A DNA stretch of 64,000 nucleotides, taken from assembly GCA_041651735.1 (NCBI GenBank), contig JBAZIR010000001.1, positions 799 to 64,798 of the forward strand, written 5' to 3'. Source of the stretch: Verrucomicrobiia bacterium. Its GTDB lineage: Bacteria > Verrucomicrobiota > Verrucomicrobiia > CAIQCK01. Below the pieces are notes generated by a model. The model was given only the letters and a program-made list of their open reading frames with translations. It was not told where the DNA came from and made no database searches. Every line of letters starts with the position of its first letter. Positions within the stretch are counted from its first letter, which is position 1. Positions 55,234 through 61,366 of this stretch are shown one piece after another. The translations under genes and the position numbers were made by a program.

Positions 55234-56727
55234 ATGAAGAGAATCTCTTACAAGTTGCGGGGAGTTGTCTCAGTATGGATGCTCATCGTCACGACGGTTC
55301 CTCTTCTGCATGGGGATCATGGGCCGATGAGATTGGGTGAAGCAGTGCAACGGTCCGAACTGATCATCCTCGGGAAGCTGGTCCCTAACGGGGAGAAACT
55401 TGATGTGACAGTAGAGGAAGTTCTGAAGGGGACTTTGCCGCAGAACTTCGCTCTACAATGCTGGTCATCGTCCTACAAGACGAAAGAAGGACGCGAGACG
55501 CGAAACTACGTATTTGATATGGAGACCTTTTTGGCACTTGAGGATTTGGTCTCGTCGCCTCGACGTCTCATTTTTCTCCACACTGATTGGATGAAGCGAA
55601 TCATGCCGTTTCACCCCGCCTGCTTTCAGACATTGGAAGTCAAACCGCGCGTCATTGAACTGCTCGCCATGATGCGCAACCCCGCGCCGTTCGTTTCCTC
55701 GCAGAAATACCGGGACGACATTGATCTAATCAACTTGCTCGGCTATCTGTTTTACGCCGCTCGCGTCTCAGCGCCGGGGCTGCCGGATTTGGAGAGGAGT
55801 TTTAGCGGAAACTACGAGCAGATCCCTTGGGAGCACATCTGTTTCACACTCAAGTTCACGTTTGTGCCGACACGAAAACCAATGCTTCAGATGGAGCCTT
55901 TTGATGTCAAAGGGCCTATTGCACACCTCATTCGTCAGGCTCATGACTCAGGCTATCTGGAAAAAGAGGCCAGTCAGGCGAAGAACAAACTCCCGGCGGC
56001 TTTCAGTGTAACGGTAGATACGACTTGGAAGACACGTGTCGGGGATCTTTCTTCAGAGGCAGCCGCTGAGTTTCTGCGGGCACGGCTTCGGTCTGAGGAT
56101 TTGGAGGTCGTCCAAGCCTCGTTTCATGCGTTGGGTTTGATGCTCGACCGGGATGCAGTGCCGATTGCCATTGACATGCTCCGGCTGTTGCATAAAGACC
56201 GCAAGTTTCGCGCTGCTGCTGCTCGGTTTCTTTCGTGGGCAAAGGACCCACGCTCGGTCGCAGCGATCTGCATGACACTTGACGAACTGCCACGTTATAT
56301 CCCTTACGGCGGCAACCCCGATTACGACCCAGTCTTGAATGAACTGGGATCAGGCCTTGGGGAAGCAGTCTGTAACCTCCGCGATGCGAAAACGATCCCT
56401 GCTCTCAAGCGCGCGATACTCAAAGGCTATGCAGGTTTCCGAATCTCTTGGACGTTGAGTCAAATTGGGAGTGAAGACGCGTTCGAGGTTCTTATCACGA
56501 ATGTGCGTTCTCTGCCTGCTGGAGACTCTTTTTTTTCCGCCCTTGAGCTAGTGAATATGGTCCGACGTTCAAATCTGCCAATTGAACCTTGGATGAAACG
56601 ACAGTCCTCTGACAGCGCTTCGAATCCTGGTTTTGTCGCACAGTGGGTCGAATGGTGGGAACAACACAAGGCGGAATTCCGGATTGTTCGCTCATCGGAG
56701 GAGGCTTGGAAACTGTATGGCGACTGA
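55234..56727 (+). CDS. hypothetical protein with signal/anchor and HEAT-like repeats (lower-GC gene)
   Basis: N-terminal VVSVWMLIVTTVPLL. Helical repeat region (EDLEVVQASFHALGLMLDRDAVPIAIDML...KDPRSVAAICMTL...). GC is visibly lower than in the flanks. Confidence 0.5.
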   Translation: MKRISYKLRGVVSVWMLIVTTVPLLHGDHGPMRLGEAVQRSELIILGKLVPNGEKLDVTVEEVLKGTLPQNFALQCWSSSYKTKEGRETRNYVFDMETFLALEDLVSSPRRLIFLHTDWMKRIMPFHPACFQTLEVKPRVIELLAMMRNPAPFVSSQKYRDDIDLINLLGYLFYAARVSAPGLPDLERSFSGNYEQIPWEHICFTLKFTFVPTRKPMLQMEPFDVKGPIAHLIRQAHDSGYLEKEASQAKNKLPAAFSVTVDTTWKTRVGDLSSEAAAEFLRARLRSEDLEVVQASFHALGLMLDRDAVPIAIDMLRLLHKDRKFRAAAARFLSWAKDPRSVAAICMTLDELPRYIPYGGNPDYDPVLNELGSGLGEAVCNLRDAKTIPALKRAILKGYAGFRISWTLSQIGSEDAFEVLITNVRSLPAGDSFFSALELVNMVRRSNLPIEPWMKRQSSDSASNPGFVAQWVEWWEQHKAEFRIVRSSEEAWKLYGD

Positions 56728-56739
56728 ATTGGAGCACAG

Positions 56740-56760
56740 TCATTAGTTATTGGTCATTGG
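56740..56760. repeat. tandem heptamer tract TCATTAG-TTATTGG-TCATTGG
   Basis: Read directly, 13 nt after the stop of the preceding gene. Confidence 0.7.
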
Positions 56761-56773
56761 GATCACCCTTGAC

Positions 56774-56850
56774 GGTGGGTGGCGGAGGATAGAGCGGTGG
56801 ACAGATTGAGAATCGGAGTGGTGGAGTAGTAGAGTGTCGGCCGGAGGACG
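56774..56850. repeat. G-rich GGAGTGG-type intergenic element (diverged copy)
   Basis: GGTGGGTGGCGGAGG...GATTGAGAATCGGAGTGGTGGAGTAG shares the GGAGTGG and GATTNNGAAT motifs with 58275-58400 and 63295-63445. Confidence 0.45.
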
Positions 56851-56904
56851 TGCGGCATCTGAAGGAACGAATATATCGAGATCGACCGTCATCCGAACAC
56901 CACT

Positions 56905-58272
56905 ATGAAAAAGACATTACTGGTCATTGCTTTGGTGACAGCGGTTTCGCGCGCGGCGGAGCCTCAGCATGCGGTGGAGACGTGCCCGGCGAGCAGCGCT
57001 GCACAGGCGGAGTATGTTCTCTACGATGATTTCTCGTGGCCCAACACCACTCTCGACCGGGCGAAATGGTGGCGAGGAGGTTTGGATGGCGTGGACGGCA
57101 CAAACACCATATTGAACGAGTCGGATCTTACGTCTTCGGTGATGTTCTCTGGAGGTGACTTCAAGTTCGTGATCGGCGGGCCCTCCGCCTCGTCGCAGGG
57201 GCTTTTTGGTTTGGGTGACATTGACGACGGTGACCCGTTCCTCATTCTTTCCGACAAGGGGGCAGGCTGGCGTTTTCACGTTCGAAGCGGCTCGAAGACT
57301 TACACAGGCCCGGTCATTGCGTCCTCGCTGGCCAAGGGTGATGTGGTTGTGTTCCATTGGGACTCGAACGGTTCCAGCGTCTCGATCAACGGAGTAGTGA
57401 AGGACTCGCAGTCAACCGTGCATCCGCCCCACATGCCGCTGACCATGCTGGAGTGGACCGGCACTGCGACCCAGCCGGATAGGGCCAGTGGAAGGATGGT
57501 CCTGGACTCTGTCAGCTATTCAGCTACCCCGGTTTCCAGTCCGAAGCCTTCGACGACGACTTCTGTCGAGTCAACCGGGACGAGAGTGTTATCCGCAAAG
57601 CTGGTGGAGGACACTTTCGTTGACTGCTCAAACCCCGGCACAAACGTCAATGGAAGCACGCATCAGATTTACATTCGAAACAGCCGATATCATCCCGACC
57701 TCACCGGGGCCGGAAAAACATTGGACGCAGGCCATTTGGGATTGGTTCAGTTTGCCTTGCCTCAACTTCCCGCTGGCTGGAATGTGACCGCCGCGCGGCT
57801 TGCGGGTGAGGTTGCTCAGAACCATAAGTCGTATGGCATGCCCGGTTGGGCGCCAGCCAGGCCGATAGAGCTGGAGGTGCTGGGTCTCGGCGTGAATCCT
57901 GATCTTGCCGCGGTTACCTACAATGCCGTGCATGATGCCACGGGCCACGGCGTGATAACCGATTACTCGGCTTCAGGCAGTGTCAATTTCACATTCGGCA
58001 GTCAGGCTCAGTCGCTGGAGGTCTTGCGATTCAATACGTCCGCGACACCTGCCGGCAGTCTTTTGCAGTTCCCGGATCCAGAGGGCAAGCTGTGCGCATT
58101 CGTGCGAAGCAAGATCAGTCGCACCGGACCCGTGGTTATCACACTCGCCATAGGTCCGGGTCGAACGCAGGCTGTATCGGGGATGGACTGCGACTTCAAG
58201 TTTTACGCCAAGGAGAATACTGCCGGCCGGTCTCCCATGTCGCTCACGCTGGAACTAAAACAGGTGCCGTGA
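56905..58272 (+). CDS. secreted hypothetical protein, two beta-rich modules (LamG/jelly-roll-like N-terminal; DNRLRE/CBM-like C-terminal, from memory)
   Basis: Signal peptide MKKTLLVIALVTAVSRA, Ser/Thr/Pro linker SSPKPSTTTS. Lower-GC gene. No catalytic motif recognised. Confidence 0.5.
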   Translation: MKKTLLVIALVTAVSRAAEPQHAVETCPASSAAQAEYVLYDDFSWPNTTLDRAKWWRGGLDGVDGTNTILNESDLTSSVMFSGGDFKFVIGGPSASSQGLFGLGDIDDGDPFLILSDKGAGWRFHVRSGSKTYTGPVIASSLAKGDVVVFHWDSNGSSVSINGVVKDSQSTVHPPHMPLTMLEWTGTATQPDRASGRMVLDSVSYSATPVSSPKPSTTTSVESTGTRVLSAKLVEDTFVDCSNPGTNVNGSTHQIYIRNSRYHPDLTGAGKTLDAGHLGLVQFALPQLPAGWNVTAARLAGEVAQNHKSYGMPGWAPARPIELEVLGLGVNPDLAAVTYNAVHDATGHGVITDYSASGSVNFTFGSQAQSLEVLRFNTSATPAGSLLQFPDPEGKLCAFVRSKISRTGPVVITLAIGPGRTQAVSGMDCDFKFYAKENTAGRSPMSLTLELKQVP

Positions 58273-58274
58273 CT

Positions 58275-58400
58275 GTCGGCGTGATCAACGCCTGACTCTG
58301 GACGGATTCCTGGTCCTTCCGGTGGCGAGGGGGAGTGGAGTGTTGGGTCGCTGGAGTGGTGGGACCGGAGGGATTCGGAATGAGCCGAAGGCGCGGCATT
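58275..58400. repeat. dispersed 3'-flank repeat element, copy B
   Basis: GTCGG...CCTGACTCTGGACGG...GGAGTGGAGTG..CTGGAGTGGTGGGA..GGATTCGGAATGAG aligns by eye with copy C at 63295-63445. It starts 3 nt after a stop codon. Confidence 0.6.
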
Positions 58401-58408
58401 GGTAACAG

Positions 58409-58450
58409 GTGATTCATGACTTGTGACTCGTGACTCGTGATTCGTGTGCG
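58409..58450. repeat. tandem heptamer tract (GTGACTC)n
   Basis: GTGATTC ATGACTT GTGACTC GTGACTC GTGATTC GTGTGCG: six 7-nt units read directly. Confidence 0.85.
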
Positions 58451-58633
58451 TCCATTTTCATACGTTGCGGCGATCTGGGTTTGGCCTTGACGGTTTGGAA
58501 CACGGGCGTAGGCTGCGCAGCAGCAAGGTGAGAGCGTATCGCGAGAGTACCAAGGAGCGAAAGGCAACGCCCGGATTTGCACAATTACTGTCGGCCGGCT
58601 GCAACTGACATACATGACTGAAGGAGATTCCCC

Positions 58634-59788
58634 ATGAAGACACACAAGATCAGCCGAACTCAATTCGTCCGCGAAGGAGCATGTCTTGCGGCCGGGGCAT
58701 TCTTCAGCGACGTGTTCGCACCGCAAACCGCCTGCGCGCAGGAGAACCGGCCGCAATGCGCATCTCAACCCTCCGGTTGTCCCGGGGCGGCCGCTGCCGG
58801 GAAATCCGGTTTCACGTTGCGGCCTTACGAACTCCTTTGCCTCGTGTGTTCCCTCGGCGGGGACCGGGGCTGTCCTCAGAATGCGAAACTCGCGGCTGCG
58901 CTGGAGAAAATCCGGCGGCAGCCGGACATTCCGCTGACGCTATGCTGCAATGCGGGCGATGTTTACTCCTACCAAGACCCGGGCACCGAAGCGGACACCG
59001 CGGAGGGCCGCGATTACAATCGCAAGCGCGACCTCGACATCCTGCTGAAGCTCGACGCCGCGCCCGGCGCCACGCAACCGGCGCGGATTTGGCTGGCCAT
59101 GCTGCTCAAACGGATTTCCACGGTGGCGGGACTATGTGCCTACAGCAGCGTCACGTCGGAGGCCTGGAAAGGTTGTGCCAAAGCCGCGAGCGGCTGTTAC
59201 GAACGGGCGCAGAAGCAGGGCTTGACCCTGCTCATCCCGCCCCGCGACGAGGCGGAGATGACGCGCGAGAAGGAAGCTTCGATCGCCGCGCTGAAATCCG
59301 CCAAAGAAGTCACCATCCGGCCTCATATCCTTGTTTGTGCGGTGTGCCAGTATGGCGGCGGCACACGTCCCCCATTCAAGCCTGACAATCTCCCGGAGCT
59401 TTTGCAGATGATCCTCACCGAGCGGCCGGACGTGCCGGTCAAATTCGTGCGCGGCGCGGATTGGATGATGTGCGCGCCCTGTCCCTCGCGCGTCGCGGCG
59501 ACCAATGCCTGCGTGTGCGGCGCGATCAAGTCGGGTGGCCTATACAACGAGTTGAAGGATCTCAACGTGCTTCAACGTCTCGGGCTGACTTTTGGTTCCA
59601 CCATGAAGGCTCGCGACCTGTGTCTGCTGATTTTTGAGAAAATCCCGACCGTGACAGGCGTGTGCGCGCTGGATATCGATGGCTTGGCCGCGCAGTCCAT
59701 CTGGCGCGACGGCTGCGGCGGCAAACCTCACCCCGCTTACGACAAGGGTCGCAAAGCGTTGCTCGAGAAACTGGGCGGGAAAGCCTGA
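58634..59788 (+). CDS. exported Cys-rich protein made of two homologous modules (DUF1284-like, from memory)
   Basis: Leader MKTHKISRTQFVREGACLAAGAFF (Tat-like, but with a single Arg). Module 1 has LRPYELLCLVCSLGG...STVAGLCA; module 2 has IRPHILVCAVCQYGGG...PTVTGVCA. 21 Cys in 384 aa. Confidence 0.6.
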   Translation: MKTHKISRTQFVREGACLAAGAFFSDVFAPQTACAQENRPQCASQPSGCPGAAAAGKSGFTLRPYELLCLVCSLGGDRGCPQNAKLAAALEKIRRQPDIPLTLCCNAGDVYSYQDPGTEADTAEGRDYNRKRDLDILLKLDAAPGATQPARIWLAMLLKRISTVAGLCAYSSVTSEAWKGCAKAASGCYERAQKQGLTLLIPPRDEAEMTREKEASIAALKSAKEVTIRPHILVCAVCQYGGGTRPPFKPDNLPELLQMILTERPDVPVKFVRGADWMMCAPCPSRVAATNACVCGAIKSGGLYNELKDLNVLQRLGLTFGSTMKARDLCLLIFEKIPTVTGVCALDIDGLAAQSIWRDGCGGKPHPAYDKGRKALLEKLGGKA

Positions 59789-59854
59789 AGACCGCCGCCA
59801 TCCACTGCGTATCAACCCGACTCGCTCAACTGACTAAAGGAGTTCCCTCTCCCC

Positions 59855-61210
59855 ATGAACAACCAACTCACCCGCCGCCATTTCATTCAAACCGCCGCCG
59901 CAGGCTCCGCCGCGCTCATCTGGCTTGGTGGGCACAGCGGCCCGAACGTCTTTGCAGCGGACGCCGCCAAACCCGCCGTCCTCGGCGGCAAGCCCGCCCA
60001 CACGGGCGGCTGGCCGAAGTGGCCGGAGTGGCATCAGGAATGGGAGGCCCAGGTCCTCGACGTGCTCCGCAGCGGAAAATGGTGCCGCGCAGGCGTTGGC
60101 GGCCAGGTGCCGGAGTTCGAGGCCGCATGGGCCAAACTCCTCGGCGTCAAACGCGCCCTCGCCACGTCCAGCGGCACCACCGCGCTCATCACCAGCCTCC
60201 ATGTCGTGGGAGTGGACGCCGGCGACGAAGTCATCGTCTCGCCTTTTACTTTCAACGCCGCCTACAACGTCATCCTGACCCAGAAAGCCCTGCCGGTGTT
60301 TGCCGACACCGACCCCGAGACGCTCACGATGTGTCCGAAGTCCATCGAGAGCCGGATCACTGAGCGCACCAAGGCCATCCTGCCGGTCCACATTTACGGC
60401 ATGCCCTGCGACATGGACCCGATCAACGCCATCGCCAAAAAACACAAGCTCGCCGTCGTGGAGGACGCCTGCCAGGCGAACATGGCGGAATACAAAGGCC
60501 GCAAGTGCGGCACGCTCGGCGACCTCGGCTGCTTCAGTTTCCAGAACTCCAAGCACATGCCCGCCGGCGAAGGCGGCGCGGTCGTTGGCATGAGCGACGA
60601 GCTGCTGGACCGCTGTCATTCGTTCCACAACTGCGGCCGTTCCGTCGGCAGCTTCAAGGGCCACGGCTGTTTCGCCCGCGGCACCAACTACAGGATGCAA
60701 CATTTCCAAGCCGCCATGCTCCTGCAACGGTTCGACTATTTGCAGAAGGAAACCCAGATTCGTCATGCCAACTCCAGCTATCTCAACGCCAACCTTGCGA
60801 AGATTCCCGGCATCGCCCCCGCGCGTCTGCCGGAGAACAGTTGGGGGACGTATTATCTGTTCCCGTTCCTATACGACGCGCAGCAATTCAACGGACTGCC
60901 GCGCGCCAGGTTCATTCGCGCGCTCGGCGCGGAAGGAATCCCCTGCGGCGCCGGCTACGGTGAACAGTATAACGACGGCATCATCGACGAGGCGATCAAC
61001 TCGACCGGTTACAAGCGCCTCTGGAGCGCCGACCGGCTGAAGGCGTATCGGGAGAGCTTCAACGAACTGAAGGGCACCAAGAAAGCCTGCGAGACGGTCG
61101 TGTGCTTTTCCCACAGCCTGCTCATGGCCGACCGCAGCGCCATGGACCACATCCTCGACGCCATCCGCAAGATCCAAGCCCACAGCGCCGAGTTGGCAAA
61201 GAAGGCGTGA
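59855..61210 (+). CDS. DegT/DnrJ/EryC1/StrS-family PLP aminotransferase with twin-arginine leader (paralogue 2)
   Basis: MNNQLTRRHFIQTAAAGSAALIWL Tat motif and FSFQNSKHMPAGEGGAV PLP-lysine motif. 451 aa, about 80% identical by eye to 52350-53705. Confidence 0.85.
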   Translation: MNNQLTRRHFIQTAAAGSAALIWLGGHSGPNVFAADAAKPAVLGGKPAHTGGWPKWPEWHQEWEAQVLDVLRSGKWCRAGVGGQVPEFEAAWAKLLGVKRALATSSGTTALITSLHVVGVDAGDEVIVSPFTFNAAYNVILTQKALPVFADTDPETLTMCPKSIESRITERTKAILPVHIYGMPCDMDPINAIAKKHKLAVVEDACQANMAEYKGRKCGTLGDLGCFSFQNSKHMPAGEGGAVVGMSDELLDRCHSFHNCGRSVGSFKGHGCFARGTNYRMQHFQAAMLLQRFDYLQKETQIRHANSSYLNANLAKIPGIAPARLPENSWGTYYLFPFLYDAQQFNGLPRARFIRALGAEGIPCGAGYGEQYNDGIIDEAINSTGYKRLWSADRLKAYRESFNELKGTKKACETVVCFSHSLLMADRSAMDHILDAIRKIQAHSAELAKKA

Positions 61211-61298
61211 GAGGAAATGTCTATTGTTGAGACCCGACCCCCAATTCCCCCGCGTGAGAGGAATTGTCTATTGTTGAGACCCGACTCCCAATTTCCCC
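61205..61298. repeat. 47-bp tandem direct duplication spanning the DegT2 stop codon
   Basis: Unit 1 (61205-61251) and unit 2 (61252-61298) differ at 3 of 47 positions: GCGTGAGAGGAAWTGTCTATTGTTGAGACCCGACYCCCAATTYCCCC. A related core, GTTGAGACTCGACTCAAT, lies at 53721-53738 after DegT1. Confidence 0.85.
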
Positions 61299-61366
61299 AC
61301 GGCAAGCCCAAGGCGGCAACGGACCTGAGAGGCGCGACGTGGTTGCGACTGGACGCTCAAAATAGA

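Noticed and set aside
53706-58633. Mobile genetic element or genomic island call
   Set aside because: The lower GC and the repeat elements suggest foreign or mosaic origin. I found no integrase, transposase, tRNA attachment site, terminal inverted repeats or direct-repeat target duplication. It is therefore reported only as a compositional anomaly, not as a mobile_element feature.
61205-61298. Possible CRISPR or other repeat array
   Set aside because: There are only two directly abutting copies with no spacers, no cas genes and no further units. It is better described as a tandem duplication of the gene end.
61217-61366. Upstream extension of the glycoside-hydrolase ORF (track start 61217)
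   Set aside because: The region is the 47-bp tandem repeat plus spacer, and a clean signal peptide begins at MMTRTHLF (61367). The extension is therefore most likely non-coding that happens to be open.
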